Shown here piece by piece: positions 46,840 through 56,060 of a stretch of DNA of 64,000 nucleotides. This stretch comes from Candidatus Omnitrophota bacterium (GTDB lineage: Bacteria > Omnitrophota > Gorgyraeia > 1-14-0-20-64-10), in contig JACQCH010000038.1 of the NCBI GenBank assembly GCA_016201735.1, forward strand, positions 19,948-83,947, given 5' to 3'. The notes beneath the pieces were generated by a model that saw nothing but the letters and a program-made list of their open reading frames with translations, made no database searches and had not been told where the DNA came from. How positions within the stretch are numbered: position 1 is the first letter of the stretch; every line of letters starts with the position of its first letter. The position numbers and the translations under genes are program-made.

Positions 46840-47940
46840 TTATCGGACATTACTAAGGATTTGCATTGCCTCTGCGGTTCCTATCCTTTCAAGCGCCCAG
46901 GCAGCATGCTGTCTGACAAGGGGCGAGCTGTCTTTCAAGAGGGTCTCGCCAAGAATGGGGATCCATTGTGGATCCCGGCTGTTTCCTGCAGCGACCGCCG
47001 CATTCCGGACAAGACCGACCCGCTTGGCCCGCATCAGGGGAGTCCCGGCGAAACGTTTGAGGAAATCCTCATCGGAGCGGCATTCCAGCAGCTCTTTTAA
47101 AGGAATTTGGTCCCCTGCCCCCGATTCCGGTCCGAACTCTTCCCAATCGGTTTTCAGACCTTTCCGGTTGTAAGGGCAGACTTCCTGACAGATATCACAG
47201 CCGAAAATCCAGTCCTGCATGAGAGGCCTTAACTCCGGGTCGACGGCCTCTTTGAGCTCAATGGTTAAATAAGAGATACAGCGCCGGGCATCCAGTTCGT
47301 AGGGGCGCGTCAAGGCCTGTGTTGGACAGGCTTCCAGACAAAGGGTGCAGGCCCCGCAGTCCCACCGGATCGGCTCATCCGGTACCAACTCCAGGTTCGT
47401 TAAAAGGGCTCCCAAGAAAAAGAAAGAGCCGCCGTTTGGGCGGATCAGACAGGTGTTCTTCCCGAAAAAACCCAAGCCCGATAACTCCGCGAGCACCCGT
47501 TCTTGGAGGGGACTGGTATCAACGGAGCGGAGAATCCGGGGCGGTGGATCCGGCACCTGGGCCCGGATGAAAGACTCTAATTTCTTGAGGCGCTTATCCA
47601 TCGCCCGGTGGTAGTCGCGGCCCCAGGCATATCGGGCAATCCGGCCGGTGCTGGGGGGCCTGGGTGGATTGACACCGGGGGATGAATCATAGGGGACGGC
47701 AACGACGATGACGCTCTTGATGTCCGGGAAACCTTTTTGTAGGCGGGACTGTCTCTCGAAGAAGGCTTCCATGTATTGGAGGCGGCCCGCGAGCCCGGAG
47801 CTGATCCATTGGGTAAGCTCCGGTTGTCTTGCTTGGAGAGCCGAGGCCGCGGCGATTCCTACGGCCTGGAACCCTAAGGCCAGAGCCCGTTTCTTAATAA
47901 CTTGAGTGAGCAGATTGCTCCCCGACTCGCCACAGTTCAC
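46840..47940 (-). CDS. queG: Epoxyqueuosine reductase
   Basis: Two 4Fe-4S Cys clusters (CGACTLCLEACP...CDICQEVCP), C-terminal HEAT-like repeats. Confidence 0.9.
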   Translation of the reverse strand: MNCGESGSNLLTQVIKKRALALGFQAVGIAAASALQARQPELTQWISSGLAGRLQYMEAFFERQSRLQKGFPDIKSVIVVAVPYDSSPGVNPPRPPSTGRIARYAWGRDYHRAMDKRLKKLESFIRAQVPDPPPRILRSVDTSPLQERVLAELSGLGFFGKNTCLIRPNGGSFFFLGALLTNLELVPDEPIRWDCGACTLCLEACPTQALTRPYELDARRCISYLTIELKEAVDPELRPLMQDWIFGCDICQEVCPYNRKGLKTDWEEFGPESGAGDQIPLKELLECRSDEDFLKRFAGTPLMRAKRVGLVRNAAVAAGNSRDPQWIPILGETLLKDSSPLVRQHAAWALERIGTAEAMQILSNVR

Positions 47941-49897
47941 AGAGATCCTCAGGCAACTCCTGCAGGAAGACGGAGGGGCGCAGCATGATCTCGCCCCGCT
48001 GGTAACTGTACCGGGTCATTGGGTAGGTCAGATACAGCTCCCGCTTGGTCCGGGTGATGGCCACGTAAAAGAGCCGCCTCTCTTCCTCCAGGGCGTCCGG
48101 ATCCTGGATCGACTTGGGATGAGGGAGTTGTCCCTCCACCAATCCGATCAAGAAGAGGGCGCGCCATTCCAATCCCTTGGCTTGATGAATGGTGGAGAGA
48201 ACCAAAAGCTCGTCGGGCTCCTCCCACCCCCGGATCGATTCTCCCTTGAAAGGTTCCCGCAGAGTGATATCTTCAATGAACCGGTCGACCCGCCGATAAT
48301 TGGCGGCTAAGTTGACCAACTGCTCCAAGTCCTCCCGGCGGTCACGCGAATCTTCAAAGTGGGTCTGAAGGCGGGCTTCATATCCGGAGTGCAGAATCGC
48401 CAGGATCATCTCCGCCGGGCGATTGGCGATGGACCGGCCGGTGAGCTCCCGGAGGGTCTGGCAGAACCGCTTCCAAGCCGGTTTTGCCCGGGAGGGGAGC
48501 GAGTCCCCTGCACTGCCTTGGATCGCTTCCTCAACTGGGTTGGCCGCCGTGCTCAGGGCGGTCCAGATTCGGTGAGCGTAAGCGGGTCCGATCCCTTCTT
48601 GAAGCCGAAGGGCTCTCTCCCAAGCCAATTCGTCTTGTGGATTTGCCAGGATCCGAAGGTAGGCCAAGACATCCTTGATGTGGGCCTGTTCAAAGAAACG
48701 GACTCCCCCTCGGACAATGTAGGGGATATTCCGTTTGGCCAGCTCCAGTTCCAACTCGGCGGCCTGAAACCGGGCTCGGAAAAGCACCGCGATCTCTTCA
48801 AGGGGAATCCCCTCCTCCCGTAGTTCCAGCGCCCGTTGGGCCACAAAGGCCGCCTGTTGTTTCGACGACACCAGCGGCACGACCGCTGGAAGGGGTCCCG
48901 TCTCCCGCACGCTTTTGAGCTCCTTGGGAAATTGATGGGTATTAAATCGGATCGAGGCGTTGGCCAGCCGCAGGATCTCCGGCGTGGACCGGTAATTGGT
49001 CTCTAGGCGGTAGATGGTGGTGCCGGAGAAAACCTCAGGGAACTCCAAGAGATTTTTAACCTCCGCGCCCCGGAAGGCATAGATGGCCTGGGCATCATCT
49101 CCGACGGCCAGGATATTGCCGTTGGGTTGCCCCATCTGCCGGATCAGTTCAAACTGGAGGCGGTTGGTGTCCTGGTACTCATCCACGAGGAGGTAGCGGA
49201 ACTGCTCGCTGTACCGTTGGCGGATCTCTTTGTCTTCACGAAGAAGGGTCAGCCAGAGGAAAAGCAGATCGTCGTAGTCCATCAGGTTCCCCTTCTGTTT
49301 CCTGGCCTGGTATGCCTTGGAGACCCGCTCGATGAAGGGGAGAAATTCGGAGAACTGGGAGTACCGCTCTGTCACGACCTGTTCGAGGGATCGGCAGGTG
49401 TTGATGGAGAGACTGAGGATCGATTCCAGGACGTTTGTCTGGGGGTACCGGGTTTCCGCGGAGGGGATTTTAAAATCGCTGACGCAGGACTGGATCAAAT
49501 CCTTGGCATCCTCTTCGTCGAGAATTCCGAAGGAGGGGGTCCGGTGGACCTTCTCCGCATGCTGGCGAAGGAGAAGATTACCGATGTGGTGGAAGGTTCC
49601 TCCCCAGAGAGCCTCCGGATGGTATTTTAGGAGCCGTTCCACCCTCCCGAGCATCTCCCGGGCCGCCTTGACGGTGAAGGTCACCAGCAGAATTTGATTC
49701 GGATCGACCCCCTGTTCGATGAGGTAAGCGACCCGATAAGTCAGAGTCCTGGTTTTTCCGGAGCCCGGGCCGGCCAATACGAGGATCGGCCCATCGGGCG
49801 CGGTGACAACCTGGAGCTGTTCGGAGTTCAGTTCCTTTTCATAGGGGATGGAAGACTTCTGGACTGCTGGTTTCTGAAGGAGGTACCGCTTAGGCAT
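47894..49897 (-). CDS. pcrA: ATP-dependent DNA helicase PcrA/UvrD
   Basis: Walker A AGPGSGKTRT and all UvrD motifs; likely start ATG 49897 (ORF-track GTG 49924 lies inside the 44-bp repeat). Confidence 0.9.
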   Translation of the reverse strand: MPKRYLLQKPAVQKSSIPYEKELNSEQLQVVTAPDGPILVLAGPGSGKTRTLTYRVAYLIEQGVDPNQILLVTFTVKAAREMLGRVERLLKYHPEALWGGTFHHIGNLLLRQHAEKVHRTPSFGILDEEDAKDLIQSCVSDFKIPSAETRYPQTNVLESILSLSINTCRSLEQVVTERYSQFSEFLPFIERVSKAYQARKQKGNLMDYDDLLFLWLTLLREDKEIRQRYSEQFRYLLVDEYQDTNRLQFELIRQMGQPNGNILAVGDDAQAIYAFRGAEVKNLLEFPEVFSGTTIYRLETNYRSTPEILRLANASIRFNTHQFPKELKSVRETGPLPAVVPLVSSKQQAAFVAQRALELREEGIPLEEIAVLFRARFQAAELELELAKRNIPYIVRGGVRFFEQAHIKDVLAYLRILANPQDELAWERALRLQEGIGPAYAHRIWTALSTAANPVEEAIQGSAGDSLPSRAKPAWKRFCQTLRELTGRSIANRPAEMILAILHSGYEARLQTHFEDSRDRREDLEQLVNLAANYRRVDRFIEDITLREPFKGESIRGWEEPDELLVLSTIHQAKGLEWRALFLIGLVEGQLPHPKSIQDPDALEEERRLFYVAITRTKRELYLTYPMTRYSYQRGEIMLRPSVFLQELPEDLCELWRVGEQSAHSSY

Positions 49898-49941
49898 GGC
49901 TGCGGCTAGAGGAAGCCGCACCACTTGTAAGCTCCGAGTCG
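49898..49941 (-). repeat. 44-bp repeat, copy D, immediately 5' of the pcrA start codon (minus strand)
   Basis: Reverse complement CGACTCGGAGCTTACAAGTGGTGCGGCTTCCTCTAGCCGCAGCC abuts the ATG at 49897. Confidence 0.7.
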
Positions 49942-49957
49942 TGCCTGCGCAAAATTT

Positions 49958-50536
49958 TCAGGAGGATTTCTTCTTGGCCCGTCGCTTCGATTTCTTTTTT
50001 GCCAGGCGCTTTGCGGCGAGCCGCTTTTTTTCCCGGGCCAGCCGTTGACGCCGTCGGCGAAGCCGGGCCAACCGCCGTCTGCGTTTCCGCAGGGCCTCTA
50101 ACTGCTTGCGGCGTTTACGGGCCGCCAGCTTCTGTTTCAGAGCTTGATAGCCGGCTTTTAGGGCGGACTCTTCTTTGTGCGAGATTTGTTCAAGGAATTT
50201 AGCGAGAGTTGACTCCCCTGGTTCTTGGAATTCTTTGAAGAAGACCCCGACCTCATGAGATCCTTCCGGCAAAGGCTGCGTTAGGGCTTCACAATGAATG
50301 ATGGTCCCTGTGGCGATGATCGGCTTCGATTCGGAAGGGAGCTCTAGGATGCACTGAACAGGTTCCGCCTGCGGCAAAGGACCTTTGGCGTAAGCCGAAA
50401 CCCCCAAGAGAGAGACGTTGCGGGTGGTCCCTTCTACTTCTTGACTGGCTCCTTTCAATAGAAGAGGAAGGTGTGCCCGAAACCGCGCCCGAAGCCGACG
50501 GTCAACGCCTCGCCGGCGATCCATCCCTCCGGGCAC
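49958..50536 (-). CDS. PilZ domain protein with long Arg/Lys-rich C-terminal tail
   Basis: RRxxR...NVSLLGV PilZ motifs; ~55-aa poly-basic coiled tail (KRRKQLEALRKRRRRLARLRRRRQ...). Confidence 0.6.
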   Translation of the reverse strand: MPGGMDRRRGVDRRLRARFRAHLPLLLKGASQEVEGTTRNVSLLGVSAYAKGPLPQAEPVQCILELPSESKPIIATGTIIHCEALTQPLPEGSHEVGVFFKEFQEPGESTLAKFLEQISHKEESALKAGYQALKQKLAARKRRKQLEALRKRRRRLARLRRRRQRLAREKKRLAAKRLAKKKSKRRAKKKSS

Positions 50537-50678
50537 CGTTACCTTCCTGCCTTGGCGCGATGCGCCTTGCCTGATTTCCGCTTTCGTCGACGACGAGCCC
50601 GCAAACTCCGTGGAACGCCCATAGGGTGTCTCCTAAGTATGCTACACTATAACACAGGATAAAAAGAGTGTAAACCCC

Positions 50679-52193
50679 GTGCAAGAAATCAGATCGTTCA
50701 TTCAAGATGTGCCTCAAATCGTTCCGGAGAGCTGGTGTCTGAAGTGCAAGATCTGCTGCCGTTTTCCGGACACAAAAGAGGTGCAGACTCCGACCTGGTC
50801 TCCTCTGGAAGCGGATTGGGCAGTGAAGGCAGGCGGCCAGCCCTCCTGGTTCGAGAAAAGTCCGGATTCGGTTTCCTTAAACCCCACCCTTCATTCGTGT
50901 GGGGAGAGCGGGTATCGTTGCCCGGCTTTCCAAATGGAGGGGAACATCTGTTCTATTTATTCCGTCCGGCCGCTGGACTGCAGGTTGTATCCTTTCGTTC
51001 TAACGAGAAACCCGGGGAAGACAGAAGTCCTGCTGGCCATGGATACCAAGTGCCCCTACATCCAGGCCCATGGGATGGATCCGGAGGTGGTCCGTTATAC
51101 CGCGACACTGACCCGCACCCTGGAATCTCCGGCGGCGCTGGATTATTTGAGAACGAACCCGAAGATTATCGGTGATTTCTGGCCGGAGTTTCTCTCCGTC
51201 GGGGCGCTTGGGGGGATGACAGCGGACCTTCAGGGACAGAACACGGCCCCCCACCCTGCCCTTCAGCCCCTCGGGTGGTCTCAGCGGTCCCTGCTCGAAG
51301 AATCCTTATCCTTTTTGAAGCACACCTACTCCGGCTACACAGCGGCCGGCATCTTGGGATGGTCGGATCTGATCCGTTACTGGTGGGCCTCTTTAGAGGG
51401 GGCCTTCTGTCTCTTCGCGCAGCAGGGGGGAGGAGTTTTTATGCCCCTGCCCCCTCTGGGTCGGTCGGTTCGGCCGGAAGCTTTTGACGCGGCCTGGAAG
51501 ATTCTTTTCGAGAGCAATCAGGGAAGCGAGGTGTCAAGGATTGAAGGAGTTGAGCCGGCGATGATGACCCAGGAGGTTCTGAACCGGTTCCGATGGAGAG
51601 AGGGGGAGGCGGAATATCTGTATAGGAGAGAAGATCTGGCCGCCCTTCGGGGAGATCGATACCGGTCCCAGAGAGGAGCGATCAATCGCTTCCAGAGGTG
51701 GTTCCCTTCCTTTCGTTCTCGCCCTTTTCAAGATCAGGACATAGTCCCCTGCCTTCAGCTCTATACGTTATGGGCGATTCGGCGCCAGCAGGCGGATCCG
51801 GGATCCTTCTCGAAGGCGCTGGTTCGGGACGGGCTCTTTTTCCATCGGCGGCTGATGATGAGCCATCGGGAACTGGGCCTGACGGGACGGGTCTTAGAGG
51901 TGGAAGGGCAGATCCGGGGCTACACCTTCGGCGCCCCGGTCTCTTCCGATGTTTTTTGCGTTTTTCTGGAGATTGCCGACCGGTCGTTTCCTGGGACAAA
52001 CCAACTGCTGTTCTTGGAATTTTGTAAGGAGCTTGGGGATTATCCTCTCATCAACGCGATGGGAGACAGCGGACTTCCCGGATTGCGCCGGGCGAAGCAG
52101 GCCTACCGGCCGGTTGGGATGGCGCGGGTGGTGGAGCTGGCGGGAGTTGAACCCGCGGCCTCTGCAGTGCGATTGCAGCGCTCTCCCAACTGA
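50679..52193 (+). CDS. Two-domain hypothetical protein (N-terminal CxxCxxCC YkgJ-like zinc/Fe-S domain; C-terminal DUF2156/GNAT-like)
   Basis: WCLKCKICCRF...CPAF...CSIYSVRPLDCRLYPF cluster; the 3' end overlaps tRNA-Ala on the opposite strand. Confidence 0.55.
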   Translation: MQEIRSFIQDVPQIVPESWCLKCKICCRFPDTKEVQTPTWSPLEADWAVKAGGQPSWFEKSPDSVSLNPTLHSCGESGYRCPAFQMEGNICSIYSVRPLDCRLYPFVLTRNPGKTEVLLAMDTKCPYIQAHGMDPEVVRYTATLTRTLESPAALDYLRTNPKIIGDFWPEFLSVGALGGMTADLQGQNTAPHPALQPLGWSQRSLLEESLSFLKHTYSGYTAAGILGWSDLIRYWWASLEGAFCLFAQQGGGVFMPLPPLGRSVRPEAFDAAWKILFESNQGSEVSRIEGVEPAMMTQEVLNRFRWREGEAEYLYRREDLAALRGDRYRSQRGAINRFQRWFPSFRSRPFQDQDIVPCLQLYTLWAIRRQQADPGSFSKALVRDGLFFHRRLMMSHRELGLTGRVLEVEGQIRGYTFGAPVSSDVFCVFLEIADRSFPGTNQLLFLEFCKELGDYPLINAMGDSGLPGLRRAKQAYRPVGMARVVELAGVEPAASAVRLQRSPN

Positions 52194-52204
52194 GCTACAG
52201 CCCC
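52129..52204 (-). tRNA. tRNA-Ala (anticodon CGC), CCA encoded
   Basis: Reverse complement GGGGCTGTAGCTCAGTTGGGAGAGCGCTGCAATCGCACTGCAGAGGCCGCGGGTTCAACTCCCGCCAGCTCCACCA; G3:U70 Ala identity pair. Confidence 0.8.
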
Positions 52205-52210
52205 TTTAGA

Positions 52211-52684
52211 TCAATCGTGCAGTGGATGATCGCCGAAGAACGTTTTCCCTTGGTAAGGTCCCCCTGCCCCGGTGTCATTGATCGGATTCCCTGTCCAGTT
52301 TTGGTCTAACTTCACCGTTTGGCCGGCCCCCGCTTGGCGGGTTGCAGTGGCAGTGAAGCCCACCGAAAAGTCCGCGCTGCTGGTTGAGTAGCTCCACTGG
52401 GCCGAGTTTGGATTGGGGTCCAGGTACGTTCCACTGACGAGCTGATTAAAGGTGCCGTACGACTGATTGGCCAGCTTATACATCTGCTCCGCCCGAAAGA
52501 GGATGGCCAAGGATCCCTGGGCCTCCTTGACCCGGGTTTTCTCAATCGTTCTTTGGTAATTTGGAACGATCAGGGTCGCCAGGGCCCCAACGATCACGAT
52601 GACGATCAATAGCTCAAGAAGAGAGAGTCCCTTGCTACGGTCGTGTGAAACTGATCGTTCGTGTGCCGTCCGTATTAATGACAC
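52211..52684 (-). CDS. Type IV pilin / pseudopilin (prepilin N-terminal methylation domain)
   Basis: KGLSLLELLIVIVIVG class III signal; start uncertain (overlaps the upstream pilin). Confidence 0.7.
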   Translation of the reverse strand: MSLIRTAHERSVSHDRSKGLSLLELLIVIVIVGALATLIVPNYQRTIEKTRVKEAQGSLAILFRAEQMYKLANQSYGTFNQLVSGTYLDPNPNSAQWSYSTSSADFSVGFTATATRQAGAGQTVKLDQNWTGNPINDTGAGGPYQGKTFFGDHPLHD

Positions 52685-53054
52685 CAGTCACCTTGTGGCT
52701 TCCAGCCGTCGCGTGTCCGTGGGTTCCGTTATCTTTTAAAACAACGGTAACTGTGTTCGGCGTAACAGATGTATCAATAGTGATGGAATCTCTATCCCAA
52801 TATTTCATGGTAGGTAAAGCGAATGTCAGGTTACTCTCATTCGTTGTGAAGGTGCTGTTTCCTCCGTTTGGATCCTGGTACCAGGCGTATTCCGAGGTCA
52901 AGACAGAGCCCAATATATTCAAGGCCTCCGTCTCTCGTGACCGATCGATGACCTTACCGAATTGCGGGACCACGACGGTGACCAGGATTCCAATGATAAT
53001 CACCACCACGAGCAGTTCCAACAGTGTGAATCCAGATTTCTTCATCCGTTTCAT
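52635..53054 (-). CDS. pilA: Type IV major pilin PilA
   Basis: MKRMKKSGFTLLELLVVVIIIGIL prepilin leader and N-terminal helix. Confidence 0.8.
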   Translation of the reverse strand: MKRMKKSGFTLLELLVVVIIIGILVTVVVPQFGKVIDRSRETEALNILGSVLTSEYAWYQDPNGGNSTFTTNESNLTFALPTMKYWDRDSITIDTSVTPNTVTVVLKDNGTHGHATAGSHKVTGVINTDGTRTISFTRP

Positions 53055-53096
53055 GGCTTTAGTTCCCTCCCTTAAAAACGCCTGGTTATTTTACCA

Positions 53097-54320
53097 TCAC
53101 CTTGTCACTGTTTGAGAGATTTGGAAGATCGGCAGGTACATGCCGACCACCAAGGTTCCAATCACCAGCCCCATCCCAACAAGCATCGCCGGTTCAAGAA
53201 GCGTGGTCATCCGTTGGATCGCGGTGCTGACCTGCTCCTCGTAGTACCTCTCCAGTTCATCCAGCATCGTGGACAGTTTTCCGGTCTGTTCTCCGACGGC
53301 GATCATCTGGGTGACCATGGTGGGAAAGACATCGGTGTGGCTTAAAGGCTCGGTTAAGGGGTGCCCCTCCCGGACCGAGGAACGGACCTCTTGAAGCACC
53401 GAGACGACCACGGAATTCCTGCAGGTGGAAATAAGGATCTCCAGAGACTGAAGGATTGGCACTCCGGCTTTCAAAAGCGTGCCCAGGTTCGAGGCGAACT
53501 CCTCCGCGGCGATGCCTTGGGTGACTGCTCCGAAAACAGGCATCTTTAACAAAAACTTATCGAATTGCCACCGGCCCCGTTTCGTGTGGATGTAGGAAGA
53601 AAAGAGAAGCCACGCCGCGACGCCCACGGCCAGGAGAAGGAGGAAATAGGTCTGCAGGAATTTCGACAAATGGATGACCATCTCCGTCAAGGGCGGCAGC
53701 TTCGTCCCGATGCTGTAAAACAGATCCGCGAAGGTCGGAACGATTTTCAGGGTAAAGACCAGCAGAGCCGCTACCGCGACAACCATCAGGACTGCGGGAT
53801 ACAGGAGAGCGGAGAGAACCTTTCGTTGGATCGCCCCTCTCTTTTCCAGATAAACGGCAATCTGTTCCAGGGAGTTCGTCAGCTGTCCGGAGATTTCCCC
53901 ACTTTCAACGAGGCCTGCCCAGAAGGGAGAGAAGACCCTGGGATGTTTAAGAATAGCATCTCGAAAAGTGGAGCCGCCCCGGATCTCCCGCACCATTTCC
54001 TTAATCACCGTGTTCATCTGCCGGGATCGGGTTTGCTCTCGGGTGATTTCGAGAGACCGCAGGAGAGGCATCCCGGCCTCTGTCATCGCGGCCAAGGAAC
54101 GGACGAAGACGACCAGATCCGGCTCTCGGACGGAAGAGTGATCCCTTCTCCCTAAGCCGAGTGAAGTGGGTAAGCGGAAGCTGCCCCCCTCGTTGATGGA
54201 AACGACGACCAGATTCCTAGCCTGAAGAATCGAGACGGCCTCGTCCGGGTTGGGGGCTTCCACAGATCCCTTCTCCGGCTCACCCTGTCGGCTTCTTGCG
54301 ATGTACGAATAGACCGGCAT
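53097..54320 (-). CDS. pilC: Type IV pilus platform protein PilC (GspF family)
   Basis: Two T2SS-F repeats, three TM helices. Confidence 0.9.
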   Translation of the reverse strand: MPVYSYIARSRQGEPEKGSVEAPNPDEAVSILQARNLVVVSINEGGSFRLPTSLGLGRRDHSSVREPDLVVFVRSLAAMTEAGMPLLRSLEITREQTRSRQMNTVIKEMVREIRGGSTFRDAILKHPRVFSPFWAGLVESGEISGQLTNSLEQIAVYLEKRGAIQRKVLSALLYPAVLMVVAVAALLVFTLKIVPTFADLFYSIGTKLPPLTEMVIHLSKFLQTYFLLLLAVGVAAWLLFSSYIHTKRGRWQFDKFLLKMPVFGAVTQGIAAEEFASNLGTLLKAGVPILQSLEILISTCRNSVVVSVLQEVRSSVREGHPLTEPLSHTDVFPTMVTQMIAVGEQTGKLSTMLDELERYYEEQVSTAIQRMTTLLEPAMLVGMGLVIGTLVVGMYLPIFQISQTVTR

Positions 54321-54322
54321 CG

Positions 54323-56059
54323 TTAGAGCCGCCCCACCGTTGCGCCAAAGGCCTCCTCGAGAGAAGTGACTCCGGCCGCGGCCTTTGTTATCCCGCTCTC
54401 CAACAGTGTTTGCATTCCCTGTTCCCTTGCCGCTTCTTTAATGATCTCCGAGCGGACCCCCTGAGCAATGAGATCGTGGATCTTATTTCGCACCCTCATG
54501 ACTTCGAAGATTCCAATGCGCCCTCGATACCCTGTGTGTCGGCATGCGGCGCAGCCCTTGGGGCGATAATATTGGCCCGCCGGCAGCTTGGCCTTCTCCT
54601 GAATCGAGGAGAGTGGTTCGTACCGTTCCTTGCATTCCTCGCACAACCTCCGGACCAGCCGTTGCGCTGCCACTAAAACAAGAGAAGGGGAAAGGAGGAA
54701 CGGTTCGATTCCCAGGTCAAGAAGCCGGGTCACCGCCGAGGCGGCGTCATTGGTATGGAGGGTGGAGAGAACCAGGTGGCCTGTGAGAGCTGCTCGAAGG
54801 CAGATTTCCGCTGTTTCCAGGTCGCGCACCTCCCCCACCATGAGGATATCCGGGTCTTGTCTTAAAAAGGCCCGCAGTCCGGCGGCAAAGGTGAGGCCGA
54901 TCTGGGGTTTCGCCTGGACCTGGTTGATCCCGTCAATCTTATATTCCACGGGATCTTCAATGCTCACGATGTTCTTAGACGGGTTCCTCAGGCGATTTAA
55001 GGCGGCGTAGAGGGTCGTCGATTTCCCGCTGCCGGTAGGCCCGGTGAGAAAGATCAGCCCATAAGCCGCGGAGATTGCTTCTTCTATATCCAGGAGGCCT
55101 TGCCCTTCCATGCCAATTTCCTTGAAGTCAAGGATCAGGTTGCTTTTGTCCAGCAGACGGACGACCACCTTTTCTCCGTAAACTACAGGAATCGTGGAGA
55201 CCCGCAGGTCGATTTTCCGCTCGCCCAGCTTTACCGAGAAACCTCCATCCTGAGGGAGGCGCTTCTCGGCGATGTCCATCTTGGCCAGGATCTTGATCCG
55301 GGAAATGATCGCCCGCATCAGATGAGGAGAGGGAGGATCCACAGGCTGCAGAAGGCCGTCGATCCGGAAGCGGATCGAGACCTGGTTGGGGTACGGCTCA
55401 ATGTGGATGTCGCTGGCCCGGGAATTGATCGCTTCGATCAGGAATAGATCAACAAGGCGGACGACCTGAGCTTCCCGGGCCTGCTGCTCGATTTCCTCCG
55501 TAGGAGGTTCGGTTTCTTGGGAAGTCAATATCTCGACCTGCTCGATGAGGGCCTCTTTTCCGCGGCTGGGAACGTCATAAGTTCCGGCCACGGCCTCTTT
55601 CAGGAGATTCTCTTTTCCGTAGACGGCCTCAATGGCCTGGAGGAGGTCCGTCTCGGTGGCGATGACCGGGTTAATGGAGCAGCCGGTCATCCGTTTCAAG
55701 TTGTCCATCAGGATCAGATCCAGAGGATCCGTGAGAGCGACGGTCAGGGATTTCTGGCTCCTCGACAAGGGGAGAACCCGTTGGCTGCGGACCGTTTTCT
55801 CCGGAACCAATTTTTTTAAGGAAGGGTCGTCTGCGGGATTCAATTCTCCCTTGGAAAGTCTCCGGAAGGGGAACCCGAGCTGGTGGCCCAGCGCTTCGGC
55901 GAGCTGGACCTCGGTAAGGAATTGGAGATTAAGAAGGGTTTCCCCCAGCCGTTTCCCCGTCGTCTTCTGGAGCTGGATCGCCTTCTCGAGCTGGACCTCG
56001 GTAATCAGCCCTTCTTTTCGAAGGACGTCTCCAAGTTTTAAATGGGTCTTAACCTCCAT
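54323..56059 (-). CDS. pilB: Type IV pilus assembly ATPase PilB (GspE family)
   Basis: N-terminal T2SSE_N domain, Walker A GPTGSGKSTT, C-terminal tetracysteine CAACRHTGY. Confidence 0.9.
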   Translation of the reverse strand: MEVKTHLKLGDVLRKEGLITEVQLEKAIQLQKTTGKRLGETLLNLQFLTEVQLAEALGHQLGFPFRRLSKGELNPADDPSLKKLVPEKTVRSQRVLPLSRSQKSLTVALTDPLDLILMDNLKRMTGCSINPVIATETDLLQAIEAVYGKENLLKEAVAGTYDVPSRGKEALIEQVEILTSQETEPPTEEIEQQAREAQVVRLVDLFLIEAINSRASDIHIEPYPNQVSIRFRIDGLLQPVDPPSPHLMRAIISRIKILAKMDIAEKRLPQDGGFSVKLGERKIDLRVSTIPVVYGEKVVVRLLDKSNLILDFKEIGMEGQGLLDIEEAISAAYGLIFLTGPTGSGKSTTLYAALNRLRNPSKNIVSIEDPVEYKIDGINQVQAKPQIGLTFAAGLRAFLRQDPDILMVGEVRDLETAEICLRAALTGHLVLSTLHTNDAASAVTRLLDLGIEPFLLSPSLVLVAAQRLVRRLCEECKERYEPLSSIQEKAKLPAGQYYRPKGCAACRHTGYRGRIGIFEVMRVRNKIHDLIAQGVRSEIIKEAAREQGMQTLLESGITKAAAGVTSLEEAFGATVGRL

Positions 56060-56060
56060 G

